Shown: positions 13,780 to 26,123 of the stretch, piece by piece
How the letters are laid out: each line of letters starts with the position of its first letter
How positions within the stretch are numbered: the stretch's first letter is position 1
Assembly (NCBI RefSeq): GCF_016433145.1
Contig: NC_058134.1
Span: 304,986,726 to 305,050,725 of the forward strand
DNA: 64,000 bases
From: Gracilinanus agilis
Lineage: Eukaryota
Direction: 5' to 3'
Notes under the pieces: model-generated
Seen by the model: only the letters and a program-made list of their open reading frames with translations
Database searches by the model: none
What the model was told of the DNA's origin: nothing
Program-made: the position numbers and the translations under genes

Positions 13780-14340
13780 CATGGTCAGTCAGTAAACATT
13801 TACTAAAAACTGGCTATGTGCCAGGCTCGGTGCCCTCTGCCCTCACGGAGCTTATGGCATGGACAGCCAGAGACAGAATAAATGGGACAGTAACCCACCA
13901 AGGGAAGGCCTAGAAGGGAGGGGGATTCATCGGGAAATAAGGAAGTGGGAAGGAAGGCTTCCTGGGAGGTCAGGAGGGGGATCCAGGCACAGAGACAATG
14001 CCCAGACCTCGAGGATCTTGTTTGTGGAATAGTGGGGGGCTGGGGCATAGGGTCAAATGGAGGGGGGGGGAAGCTTTGAATGTCCTGAAGGCTATAGGGA
14101 GCCACTGGAGTTTATTGGGGGGGGGGTGACATGCTTAGACCTGAGCCTGAAAAAGATCACTTTGACAGCTGAGCAGAGGATGGACTGGAATGAGGAAAGA
14201 CTTGGGTTCAAGACACTCCAACCACTAGTGTAAGTCTGAGGGCAAGGGCTTGCCCCAGGGTGTGGCTGGTTGGAGGGGAAAAGGGAGTTTATGTAGAGAT
14301 GTTACAGAGATGAGCTTAGCAGGCCCTGGCACCAGCTCAG
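13780..14340 (-). mobile_element. L2 fragment
   Basis: Starts with the antisense L2 end gtcagtcagtaaacatttactaaaaactggctatgtgccaggc. Later has aaagatcactttgacagctg-type L2 sequence. Confidence 0.6.
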
Positions 14341-15122
14341 ATGTGGGGGTGCCCCTCTGACCTTCCTCTGTCCTACCCTGTTCCTGACTTTCCTAACCAT
14401 TTCTGGTCGGAGATTTCAGCTCTCCGCTCAGGATCTCTGCCTTCATTCTTTCTCACTTTCATGATGTACTGTAGGATTTTTCCAGAGAAATTTTTTCTCT
14501 TTTTGGGGGGTTATTTTTTGTTTCAGAATCTATCTTGGCTTTCTGTTACCAGTCTGTTCAAGCCCAAAGTTATTTTTTTAAATTCTTTAAAAAATTTTTT
14601 AAATTAATTTTTGGTTATATTTTGAGTTCTGAGTTGTTTCCCTCTTCCCCCACCCCGCATTAGAGAAGACCAACATTTGATGAAGATAGAGACGTGGAAG
14701 CACACAGTCTGTCCTTCCACATCTCGTTTCTTTCTCTGGAGGTGGATGGGATCTTCCTTCGTAGCCGTTCACAGTTATTCTTGGAACAAGATTGCTGTCA
14801 CTCTGCTCCTTTCCCTCTGCATCAGTTCATGCGAGGCTTTCCGTGGTTTTCTAAAATCAACCTGTTAATTATGGATCATTTATCACCACTTGTTCAGGCA
14901 TTCCCGACTGATAGAGAGCCCCTCCATTTCCAGGTCTTTGCCCCCACAAAGAGAGCTGCTTTCAGTACTTTTCCTTTTACCCTGATCACTTTGGGAAACA
15001 GACCTAAAAGCACTATTGCTGGGTCGGAGGGTTTACACTGTTTTAAAGCTCTTTGGGCATAATTCCATATTGTTTCCAAAAAGGTTGGATAAGTTCACAG
15101 TTCCCTCAACAGTGTATTAGTT

Positions 15123-15276
15123 GGGGCAGCTGGGTGGCTCAGTGGATTCAGAACTAAGCTTGAAGTTGGGAAGTCCTAGGCTCAGATCTGGCCTCAGACA
15201 CTTTCTAGCTGTGTGACCCTGAGCAAGTCACTTAACTCCCATTGCCTAGCCCTTAAAGAAAAACAAAAACGAAAAA
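15123..15276 (+). mobile_element. SINE inserted in L1
   Basis: A box tggctcagtgg, core sequence and A-rich tail. Imperfect TSD CAGTGTATTAGT (15110-15121) / CAATGTATTAGT (15277-15288). Confidence 0.85.
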
Positions 15277-15941
15277 CAATGTATTAGTGTCTCTTTTTCC
15301 TATATCTCTTCCAATATTTGTCATTTTCCCTTTCTATGATTTTAGCCAATCTGATTGGTACAAGATGTACCTCAAAGTTCTTTTAATTTGCATTTCTGTT
15401 CATTAATAGTGATTGAGAGCATTTTTTCATATAACTACACACAGCTTTGATTTCTTCTTCCAAAAACTGCTTGTTCATATTCTTTGACTTTTTATAAATT
15501 AGGGAATGACTTGTATTCTTATACATTTAACAAAGTTCTCTATATAAAATCTCTATATAGATTTGAAGCCTTTTTCTGAGAAACTGTCTAAAATTTTTTC
15601 CTCCGTTTTCTGCTTTCCTTCTAATCTTGGCTACATTGGTTTTATTGTACAAACCCTTTTTGATTTAATGTAATAAAAAAATTACCCATTTTTCATCCCG
15701 TGATCCTCTTTCTCTTGTTTACAAATTCTTTTTGTATTCATAAATCTGATAGTTAATGTGTTCCATGTTCTTATTTACTTATGATATCGCCTTTTATGTC
15801 TCCGTCCTGTGTCCATTTTGTCCTTATCTTGGTAAATGGTGCAAGATATTGGATTTATACCTATTTTTATCAAACTACATTTCAGTTTTCTCAGCAATTT
15901 TTACCACAGAGTGATTTCTTATCCCAAAAGTTTAGATCTTT

Positions 15942-16140
15942 GGGGTAGCTAGATGGTTCAGTGGACTGAGAACCAAGCCTCTACATGGGATGTAGGTCCT
16001 GGGTTCAAATGTAGACTCAGACATTTCCCAACTGGGTGACCCTGGGCAAGTCACTTAACTCCAGTTGCCTAGCCCTTCCGGCTCTTTTTGCATAGAATCT
16101 ATGGATTCTAATATAGAAGGTAAGGGCTTTTAAAAGACAA
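15942..16140 (+). mobile_element. SINE inserted in L1
   Basis: ggggtagctagatggttcagtgg...gggttcaaat...gaccctgggcaagtcacttaac...gaaggtaagggctttt. Confidence 0.8.
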
Positions 16141-17032
16141 AAACAGCACCCCCACCCCCACCCCCCAAACATTTTGGATCTTTGCGTTTATCAAACACAA
16201 GGTTTTTAACCACTTACTACTCTGTATTATAGACCTACTCTATCTCACTGATACACACTCATTGTTTGACAATATGAAATAGTTTTGATAATTTAATTAC
16301 TGTCATATAGTACAGTTTAAGTTCTGTTACAGCTGGACCTCCTTCCTTTACCTTTTTAAAAAATTAATTCCTTTGATATTCTTGACCTTTTGTTCTCCAT
16401 AAAATAATTTTTGGTAGTTTAATTAGTATGGCACTGAATAAGTAGATTAGGAAGTATTTTTATAATTATGCCCATATAAGTTTCTGGGTTTGTCTTGGCA
16501 GGTATACTTTCAAGTTACTTTATATTGTCTATTATTCTATCTATCTATCTGTCCATTTATTTATTTGTGGTTTTTAAACTATATATATTATTTTTTATTT
16601 TTTTCCCATGGTTACAGGACCAATTTTACTGGTTATCGTATTATCACTCAAATCTTATTTCATATTATTTGTTTTTGTAATAGAGCGATCTTTTAAAACC
16701 CAAACCCTAAACCCTATAGCCATACAAACAAATGATAAATCACATGTTTTCTTCTGCATGCCTATTCCAACAGTTCTTTCTCTAGCTTTGGACAATATTC
16801 TTTCTCATCTCTTTGGGATATATAAATCTAGTCATGGTGTTACTGGATCAAAGGGCAGGCATTCTTTTTAAACCCTTTGGCTATAATTCTAAATTGCCTT
16901 CCAGAATGGTTGGATCCACCAGCAATGCATTAGTGTCCCAACTTTGTCACATCCCCTCCAATACTTATCATTTTCCTTTGCTGCCATATTGGTCAGACTG
17001 CTAAGTGTGAGGTGGTACCTCAGAATTGTTTT

Positions 17033-17229
17033 TTTTTAATTGTTTTTTTTTAAACCCTTAACTTCTGTGTATTAAGACTTATAGGTGGAAGAGTGGTAAG
17101 GGTAGGCAATGGGGGTCAAGTGACTTGCCCAGGGTCACACAGCTGGGAAGTGTCTGAGGCCGGATTTGAACCTAGGACCTCCCGTCTCTAGGCCTGACTC
17201 TTAATCCACTGAGCTACCCAGCTGCCCCC
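17033..17229 (-). mobile_element. Young SINE1_Mdo-like SINE with 16-bp TSD
   Basis: Full-length copy. TSD ACCTCAGAATTGTTTT at 17017-17032 and 17230-17245. Confidence 0.93.
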
Positions 17230-17476
17230 ACCTCAGAATTGTTTTGATTCTAATCAGGAGGGATTTAGAATATTTCTTCATATGATTATTGATTGTTTTG
17301 ATTTCTTCATCTGAAAAATGCCTATTTGTATCCCATGACCATTTGTCAATTGGGGAATGATTTGATTTCTTATAAATTTGATTTTTCTTTGTATATTTGA
17401 GAAATTAGACCTTTGTCAGAGAGATTTGCTATAAAAATGTTTTCCCCAGTTTATTGCTTCCTCCTTGGTTATTTTA

Positions 17477-17684
17477 TTTTATTTTATTTTATTTTTATTA
17501 TTTTAATTTTTTTAAACCCTTAACTTCTGTGTATTGGCTCTTAGGTGGAAGAGTAAGGGTGGGCAAGGTGGGTCAAGTGACTTGCCCAGGGTCATACAGC
17601 TGGGAAGTGTCTGAGGCCGGATTTGAACCCAGGACCTCCCATCTCTAGGCCTGGCTCTCAATCCCCTGAGCTACCCAGCTGCCC
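17477..17684 (-). mobile_element. Young SINE1_Mdo-like SINE with 17-bp TSD
   Basis: TSD CCTCCTTGGTTATTTTA at 17460-17476 and 17685-17701. (TTTTA)n tail. Confidence 0.93.
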
Positions 17685-18619
17685 CCTCCTTGGTTATTTT
17701 AAATTAAATATCTCATACTCCCTCTTCATGCAGGACTTTGTTGATGATATATAGAAATGCTGATTTTTTTATGTGGGTTTATTTTCTTTTGTACTAAAAT
17801 TAATGTTTCAACTAATTTTTAGTTGAATTTCTAGGTTTTTTCAAGAATATCTTTAATGTATATCTCTAAACGCTTACATCAATATACCATCATATCTTCT
17901 GCAAAAAAAAAAAATTGTTTCATTTCCATTATTGCCTATTCTGATTACTTCAATTTCTTTCTCTTCTGTTATTGCTGTTGCTAGCACTTCTAGTACAATA
18001 TTAAGCTATTGGTTTATGGGCATCCTCATTTCACTCCTGATCTTATTGGGAAGGCTTATCCCCATTACAGATAATGCTTGCTGATGGTTTTAGGTAGATT
18101 ATTATCATTTTAAAGAAGAACCCATTTATACTTATGCTTTCTGGTATTTTTAAATAGGAATCAGTGTCAAAAGCTTTTTCTGCATCTATTAAAATAGAAA
18201 AAAATTTTTGTTGCTTTTGTTATTGATATAATTAATTAAAATAATAGTTTTCCTTATAATGAACCAACCCTGCAATTCTGGTATAAATCCCTCTTGTTTA
18301 CAATGTATAATCTTGGTGATATATTCCTGTAGTCTCTTAGCTAGAATTTATTTAGGATTTTTGCATCTATAGTCTTAAGTAAAATTGTCTATCAGTCAGC
18401 CCCATATTTGTTTCACAAAAAGAGTTTGCCTTTTTCTTTGAAGCCTTTGCCCATTATTCCAAATTATTTGACATTCAAATTAGCTGATCTTTAAATGTTT
18501 GGTAGAATTTACTTACAAATCTGTTGCTGATGCTTTTTTCTTAGGAAGCTTATTTAAGGCCTTTCTTAGATAGGTTTATTTAGATATTCTATTTCTTTAG
18601 TTAATCTGGACAATTAATT

Positions 18620-18802
18620 TTTTTTTTACATTTTAAAACCTTTGCTTTCTGGTTTAGTAATAACTATAAGACAGAAGGACAAGGGTGGGGCAAAATGTGA
18701 CTTGCTCAGGGTCACATAGCTAGGAAGTGTCTGAGGCTACATTCGAACGTAGGTCCCAATTCCAGGCCTGATCCTCTAATCCACTATGCCACCTACCTGT
18801 CC
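18620..18802 (-). mobile_element. Older SINE inserted in L1
   Basis: Core gtgacttgctcagggtcacatagctaggaagtgtctgagg and a diverged head. Confidence 0.75.
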
Positions 18803-19575
18803 TTGGAAATTTATATTTTTGTAAGTATTCTTCCATTTCACTTAAATTCATTGGCATATATTTTGGCAGAAGAATTCTTCATAATTGCTCTAATTTCATC
18901 TTCCTTAGTGGTATTTTCACTCTTTTCAGTTTTGTTTCTAGAATGATTTGGTTTTCTTCTCTTTTAAAAAGCATTTTAATCAGTGGTTTATCCATTTTAT
19001 TACCTCCCACCTCCCATAAAATGAGCTCCTGGTTTCTGTTATTTATTTATTTATTTGCATTCAGTTTTATTAGTCTCACCTTTAATCTCCAGGATTTCCA
19101 ATTTGGTGTTTAATTGAGAATTTTCAACTTGTTCTTTTTCTATTTTTAAAAAATTGTGTGCTCAATTCATTGATCCGCTCTTTCTCCATTTTATTAATGT
19201 AAACATTTGGAGATATACAATTTCCTTTGATTATAGCTTTTGAAAAATCCCGAAAGTTTTGATATTATTTCTATTAAGTCTCATAATTATTATTCATTTT
19301 AATATTTAAATAATTTGTTCTTTAACCCAATTCTAAAGTTCCATCTGCCAATTTTAAAAGATGTTCTACAAGCCAAGTCCAAAGTTGCCCATGGAATCTC
19401 CTTTCTGTGCATCTTCTTGATGCTTTTTAACATTGCTATCTCTTCCAGCACATATTCCAACTCCAAACACATGTAGAATAGAGCTTTTCCCCATCACATG
19501 AGCCTCACTTCTCACCTGGACTGCTGCCTTTCAGAAAGAAAAGACTGATGATCCATGTGGTGTTAGCGGACTGAT

Positions 19576-19630
19576 TGTGCGCGCGCGTGTGTGTATGTGT
19601 GTGTGTCTGTCTGTCTGCCTGTCTGTCTAC
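19576..19630. repeat. Compound (TG)/(CG)/(CTGT) microsatellite
   Basis: 31-nt alternating purine-pyrimidine run at 19576-19606 including GCGCGCGCG, followed by CTGT repeats. Confidence 0.9.
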
Positions 19631-19878
19631 ATGTGTGAGCACCTGCGTGTTCTCCTGGACCTCTGTTCTCTCTGTTCCTCATCCATTTGTGAGAATTCTC
19701 CTGTTACTCAGAATTGCCCCTGGAACCTGCCAGTATGCCATCATGTCCAATTCCAAGTTCTCTTTCCGAATTATTGGGCAAGTCCATAGTTCTCCCACCA
19801 GTGTTTTGGATCTGTACCCACCTGTAAGCTTTAGCAGGAGGAAAATAGTCTTTGCTAATGGTGTTCCTCCATTTAGAT

Positions 19879-20074
19879 CAATGATTCCCAAAGTAGGCGC
19901 TACTGCCCCCTGGTGGGTGCTGCAGCAATCCAGGAGGCTGGTGATGGCCACAGGTGCATTGATCTTTCCTATTAATTGCTATTAAAATTAAAAAAAAAAA
20001 TTTAATTTCCAGGGGGCTAAGTAATCTTTTTTCTGGAAAGGGGGCGGCAGGCCAGAAAAGTTTGGGAACCACTG
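19879..20074. mobile_element. hAT (Charlie-like) MITE, 196 bp
   Basis: TIRs CAATGATTCCCAAAGT / AGTTTGGGAACCACTG (13/16 match). Perfect 8-bp TSD ATTTAGAT at 19871-19878 and 20075-20082. Confidence 0.92.
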
Positions 20075-20303
20075 ATTTAGATTGTCCCTTTCCTTTCTGA
20101 ACTTATCCAAATCTAGCTTGAGCTCCCTCTTCTCCATGAAGCCCTTCTAAGCTGTCCTCAACCATGGTCTTTCCTTTTGAGCAGACTCTCAAGCCTTTCT
20201 TATTCATGCTATTGTTCTATGAATGATCCTTTATGAGAGGTGGGATTATTCAGACTAGAGATGATTCTTCTCACTTTACAGGTCAGGATACTAAGGCCTA
20301 GAG

Positions 20304-20469
20304 CAGGGGTCGGCAACCTTTTTGGCTGTGAGAGCCATAAACACCACATTTTTAAAAATTTCATGAGGGCCTTACAGTGCTCACAGTGTGCGCTCCTGTA
20401 ATAGCACCTGAAAAAAAATATTTGGACTTTATGGCTCCTGCAGAAAGAGCTATACGTTGCTGACCCCTG
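20304..20469. mobile_element. hAT (Charlie-like) MITE, 166 bp, nested in a MIR-like SINE core
   Basis: TIRs CAGGGGTCGGCAAC / GTTGCTGACCCCTG (13/14 match). 8-bp TSD GCCTAGAG / GCTTAGAG. Confidence 0.9.
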
Positions 20470-20892
20470 GCTTAGAGTGAGGGGACTTGTGGGGGAATAA
20501 GTCCTAAAATAGTTCTGAGCACCTGATAATTGACCCAGGGAGTCATATGGCAGAGTAAGAGTCAGCCCAGGCCCTGAGGCCCACACCTTGATGCCCTTTG
20601 CACTGTTCAGCCTTTTGTCCTTTGCTGGTCATTGAGCCTTCCCTTTAAAAGGGACTCAGTCTAATGGTGTCTCCAAAGCAAGATTCAAACCCTTTGTCCT
20701 CAGGGTTCAGCATCATTTCTCAACTCTCAGATTCCTATTTAATGTCTTGATTAGACACTTTTTTTAAGGCTCCCTAAAGTATTTATTGTTATCCTCATAG
20801 GAATTGATACAGAACTGAGGGCCCAGAAGAAGGCAGAAATTCTTAGGTGTTGAGGGAGTGAAATGGGATCAGATTAGCATGGCTGAGTTTTC

Positions 20893-23635
20893 TTTTTTTT
20901 TTTTTTCCTTTTAAAACTATTTTAATTTTTAGAAAGAAATTTTCCATGGTTACATGATTCATTTTCTCACTCTCCCTTCCCTAACCACCTCCCTCTCTCC
21001 CCCTATGTAGCCAACGCGCATTTCCATTGGTTTCTTCATGTGTCATCTATCAAGACCAGTTTCCATATTATTGATGATTGTACTAAGGTGGTCGTTTAGT
21101 TTGCTTCTCAAATCGGGTCCACATCAACCCATGTGTTCAAGCAGTTGTTTTTCTTCTATGTTTCCACTCCTGTAGTTCTTCCTCTGAATGTGGGTAGTGT
21201 TCTTTTCCATAAGTCCCTCAGAATTGTCCTGGGTCATTACATTGCTGCTAGTACAGAAGTCCATTACACTTCAATTGTACCACAGTGTTTCAGTCTCTGT
21301 GTACAATGTTCTCCTGGTTCTGCTCCTTTCACTCTGCATCAGTTCCTGGAGGTCTTTCCAGTTCACATGGAATTCCTACAGTTTGTTATTCATTTGAGCA
21401 CAATAGTATTCCATCACCAGCATATACCACAATTTGTTCAACCATTTCCCAATTGAAAGGCATACCCTCGTTTTTTTTTGCCACCACAAAGAGCATGGCT
21501 ATAAATATTTTTGTACAAGTCTTTTTCCCTATGATCTCTTTGGGGTACAAACCCAACAACGGTATGGTTGGATCAAAGGGCAGGCAATCTTTTAGCGCTC
21601 TTTGGACACAGTTCCAAATTGCCATCCAGAATGGTTGAATCAATCCACCAGCAATGCATCAGTATCCCAATTTTGCCACATCCCCTCCAACATTCATTAC
21701 TCTACCCTGCTGTCATTTTAGCTAATCTTCTAGGTATGAGGTGATACCTCAGAGTTGTTTTGATTTTCATTTCTCTAATTATTAGAGATTTCGAACACTT
21801 TCTCATGTGCTTATTGTTAGTTTTGATTTCTCTATCTGAAAATTGCCTATTCATGTCCCTTGCCCATTTATTGATTGGGGAATGGCTTGATTTTTTTTGT
21901 ACAGTTGATTTAGCTCCTTGTATATTTGAGTAATTAGACCTTTGTCAGAGTTTTTTGTTATAAAGATTTTTTCCCAGTTTGTTGTTTCCCTTCTGATTTT
22001 GATTGCATTGTTTTTGTTTGTACAAAAACCTTTTAATTTAATGTAATCGAAATTATTTATTTTACATTTTATAATTTTTTCTAACTCTTGCTTGGTTTTA
22101 AAATCTTTCCTTTCCCAGAGATCTGACAAGTATACTATTCTGTGTTCACTTAATTTACTTACAGTTTCCTTCTTTATATTCAAGTCATTCACCCATTTTG
22201 AATTTATCTTGGTGTAGGGTGTGAGATGTTGATCTAAACCTAATATCTCCCATATTGTTTCCCAATTTTCCTAGCAGTTTTTGTCAAATAGTGGATTTCT
22301 GTCCCAAAAGTTGGGCTCTTTAGGTTTATCATAGACTGTCTTGCTGATGTCACTTATCCCAAGTCTATTCCATTGATCCTCCCTTCTGTCTCTTAGCCAG
22401 TACCATATTGTTTTGATGACTCCTGCTTTATAGTACAGTTTAATATCTGGTACTGCTAGACCACCTTCCTTCATGTTTTTTTTTTTCATTATTTCCCTTG
22501 ATATTCTTGATCTTTTGTTTTTCCAAATGAACTTTGTCATAGTTTTTTCCAATTCAGTAAAAAAAAAAAAAAGTTTCTTGATAGTTTGATAAGTATGGCA
22601 CCAAATAAGTAAATTAATTTGGGTAGTATGGTCATTTTTATTATGTTAGCTCTTCTTACCCATGAGCAATAAATGTTTTTCCAATTGTTTAGATCTAGTT
22701 TTAATTGTTTGGAAAGTGTTTTGTAGTTGTGTTCGTATAATTCCTGTGTTTGTCTTGGCAGATAGATTCCTAAGTATTTTATATTGTCTAGGGTGATTTT
22801 AAATGGTGTTTCTCTTTCTAATTCTTGCTGCTGCGATGTGTTGGAAATACTTAGAAATGCTGATGATTTATGTGCATTTATTTTGTATACTGCAGCTTTG
22901 CTAAATTTGTTGATTATTTCTACTAGCTTTTTAGTTGATTCTCTAGGATTTTTTAAGTTGACCATCAAATAATCTGCAAAGAGTGATAGCTTGGTCTCCT
23001 CATTGCCTATTTTAATACCTTCAATTTCTTTTTCTTCTCTAAATGCTACTGCTAGTGTTTCTAGTACAATGTTAAATAATAGAGGAGATAATGGGCATCC
23101 TTGTTTCACTCCTGATCTTATTGGGAAGACTTCTAATTTATCCCCATTGCATATGATGCTTGTTGATGGTTTAATATACTGTTTATTATTTTTAGGAAAG
23201 ATCCTTCTATTCCTATACTTTCTAGTGTTTTCAATAGGAATGGATGTTGTATTTTGTCACAGGCTTTTTCAGCATCTATTGAGATAATCATGTGGTTTTT
23301 GTTTGTTAGCTTGTTGAAATGATCAATTATGTGGATGGTTTTCCTAATGTTGAACCATCCTTGCATTCCTGATATAAATCCCACCTGATCATGATGGATA
23401 ATTCTCATGATCACTTGCTGGAGTCTTTTGCTAGTATTCTATTTAAGATTTTTGCATCTGCGCATTAAGGAGATTGGTCTGTAGTTTTCTTTCTCTGTTT
23501 TTGGTCTGCCTGGCTTTGGAATCAGTACCATATTTGTGTCATAAAAGGAATTTCGTAGGGCTCCTTCTTTGCTTATTATGTCAAATAATTTGTATAGTAT
23601 TGGGATTAGTTGTTCTTTGAATGTTTGATAGAATT
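20893..23635 (-). mobile_element. L1, 3' segment (ORF2 RT to polyA) of a 5'-inverted insertion
   Basis: polyT at ~20890. Frameshifted ORF2 pieces including KQGCPLSPLLFNIVLE and KLSLFADY (degenerate YADD), [32 protein letters not shown]. Confidence 0.95.
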
Positions 23636-24362
23636 AATAAAAATAGTTATTAGCAAGGATACATGAAGAGGCAGACAAAAAACTAATTAGAAATTAATAT
23701 GATTCTCCAAAATAAGTTAGTTAAAGAACAAATCATAGAAACAGTAATTTCACTGAAGACAATGACAATGATGAGACTTTGTACCAAAACCTATGGGATG
23801 CAGCCAAAGCAGTTCTAAGGGGAAAATTTATATCATTGAGTGCATATATTAACAAATTAGGGAGGGCAGAGGTTAATGAAATGGACATGCAACTTAAAAA
23901 ACTAGAAAGCAAACAAATTAAAAATAAATATCAAAGGAGAAATTAATAAAATCAAAAGTAAAAGAACTATTGAATTAATAAATAAGACTAGAAGCTGGTA
24001 TTTTGAAAAAAAACAGATAAAATAGACAAAGTACTGGTACATCTTATTAAAAAAGGAAAGAAGAAAACCAAATTAACAGTATCAAAGATGAAAAGGGAGA
24101 CCTCACCTCTAATGAAGAGGAAATTAAGGCAATCATTAAAAACTATTTTGCCCAATTTATATGTCAATAAATATAGCAATCTAGAAGATATGGATGAATA
24201 TTTACAAAAATATAAATTGCCTAGATTAACAGCAGAAGAAATAGAATACTTAAATAATACCATATCAGAAAAAGAAATTGAACAAGCCATCAAAGAACTC
24301 CCTAAGAAAAAATCGCCAGGGCCTGATGGATTCCCAAGTGAATTCTATCAAACATTCAAAGA
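23636..24362 (+). mobile_element. L1, inverted 5' segment (post-endonuclease ORF2)
   Basis: Plus-strand ORF2 remnants: caaaacctatgggatgcagccaaagcagttctaagggg ([12 protein letters not shown]) and [22 protein letters not shown]. Shares a TSD with the 3' segment. Confidence 0.93.
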
Positions 24363-24681
24363 ATGTCTGAGTTTTTTCTAAGTAGCTGATCTGGGCCCCT
24401 CAAACCTTTTTTTCCCCTCTAAATTATTCAATATCTTCTCAGCAATGTCTTCTCATGCCTGACAATCATTAGTTTCCCCTCCTCTAACAGAACTCCCTCC
24501 TGTTTTTCTTGCCTTGGGGTGCAGTGATAACTCTTTATGAACCACCATTTGTTTAGCTCTTCTCTCAATAAAGAGATTTTGTGTTATCTTAATGGATGCC
24601 CAGGAGACCCCTTGTGGGAAGTGTATATTGAAGGCTCTCTTGATCTCTTTGATGCTTTTTGATGCTAAAAACCAGTCAGAA

Positions 24682-24866
24682 GGGGCAGCCGGGTAGCTCA
24701 GTGGATGGAGAGTCAGGCCTAGAGATGGGAGGTCCTGGGTTCAAATCTGGCCTCAGACACTTCCCAGCTGTGTGACTCTGGGCAAGTCACTTGGCTCCCA
24801 TTGCCCACCCTTACCATTCTTCCACCTAGGAGCCAATACACAGAAGTTAAGGGTTTAAAAAAAAAA
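24682..24866 (+). mobile_element. Young SINE1_Mdo-like SINE with 14-bp TSD
   Basis: A box tagctcagtgg, B box gggttcaaatc, polyA tail. TSD AAAAACCAGTCAGA at 24667-24680 and 24867-24880. Confidence 0.95.
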
Positions 24867-25924
24867 AAAAACCAGTCAGAGCTTGTGTCCTCTCAGCTTC
24901 TTTTAGGGGCCAGAGACTTGTCACAAAGAGGTGAGAAAAGAAGTGTGCCGATTAGCTACCGACAGCTTGTCAAACACGTGTCTTTTTGGATAGCAAAAAG
25001 TCCATGACCTCATCCATCTTTTGAAATCTAAAAACTTAGTCTCTGATAACCTGAACATAATCCAGGTTTTTCTGGACAGTTCCTAGCGTCATTCTGAACA
25101 CAGCTGATTCTGTTCTTCTGTAATGGGGGCGATTCCCTTGAGAGCTTTGAAGGATCTAGGGCTATTTATTCCCGCATCCACAGCTCTAGGCTACCATACA
25201 TTCCAAAGGCTACTGTCATCTTCTATAAGGTTTTGGCTCCTTCTTGCTTTTGTCCTTAGTTAACTTGCCTGTAGGAAGGTTCTTTTCCTTCTCTTCTACT
25301 CTTTCTTATTTTTACTTCTAAAGCATTCTGGATAGAGAAACCAGATAATTATCCTTATTATAATTACATCTAAAATAAGAGTAAGCCTATAGAACTCATT
25401 TCAGGAAAGTGCATATGTGTGTGGATTTTTCTGACCTATTTTGGTACTTTTTGTTTTCCCCACCAATAGTTGCATTTGTCTCCTGAATAAGCAAGGTGGT
25501 CAATGCCATAAATGACTTCTGTATAGAAATTAATTGGTACAAAAATTAGATAATGTGTTCATGCATTCTTACTTTTGGCAGTTTTAACTTGTAAAACACT
25601 TTTCATAATGTTATTAGTTTAGTAAACTTAAAATTACTTAATACTTTTCCAAATTTAAGCTAGTATGTAATGTTATTGAATTACGGAATAATAACTTTTC
25701 AAGACTTTGACATAATGGGTAGATGATTTTAATGATTTAAGTCTAAGAGCATTTTTAGAAATATTCTTGGGGTTTTCAGGAAATTTTCAAAGAATCTTAC
25801 TATTATGGAGATAGCAAATGCTAATCTAGCTAATTAAGTTTTTATCGATATCTTTTATTTTTATATCACTTAGATTTCTCCTGCATCCTTCCCCTTTCAT
25901 CCCTTATAACAACAACAACAAAAA

Positions 25925-26123
25925 TTTTTTTAAACCCTTACCTTCCATCTTGGAGCCAATACTGTGTATTGGCTCCAAGGCAGAAGAATGGTAAGGGTAG
26001 GCAATGGGGGTCAAGTGACTTGCCCAAAGTCACACAGCTGGGAAGTGTCTGAGGCCAGATTTGAATCTAGGACCTCCCATCTTTAGGCCTGGCTCTCAAT
26101 CCACTGAGCTACCCAGCTGCCCC
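25925..26123 (-). mobile_element. SINE1-like SINE, long-tail (hairpin) subtype
   Basis: Full length. Contains the perfect stem TTGGAGCCAATAC-TGT-GTATTGGCTCCAA at 25950-25978. Confidence 0.92.

Larger units (their letters stand above)
14570..19340 (-). mobile_element. Cluster of old L1 fragments (two 3' ends, ~14570 and ~16560) interrupted by five SINEs
   Basis: Minus-strand ORF2 C-terminal remnant WNYAQRALKQCKPSDPAIVLLGLFPK (ORF 14894-15079), L1 3'UTR-like sequence, and further ORF2 remnants out to ~19330. Confidence 0.85.

Noticed and set aside
22537-23109. 190-aa reverse-transcriptase ORF
   Set aside because: A fragment of a frameshifted, 5'-truncated L1 with a degenerate catalytic motif (FADY); not a functional gene.
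24682-24760. tRNA-like A/B boxes in SINE heads
   Set aside because: SINE-derived, with no cloverleaf or acceptor stem, so not tRNA genes.
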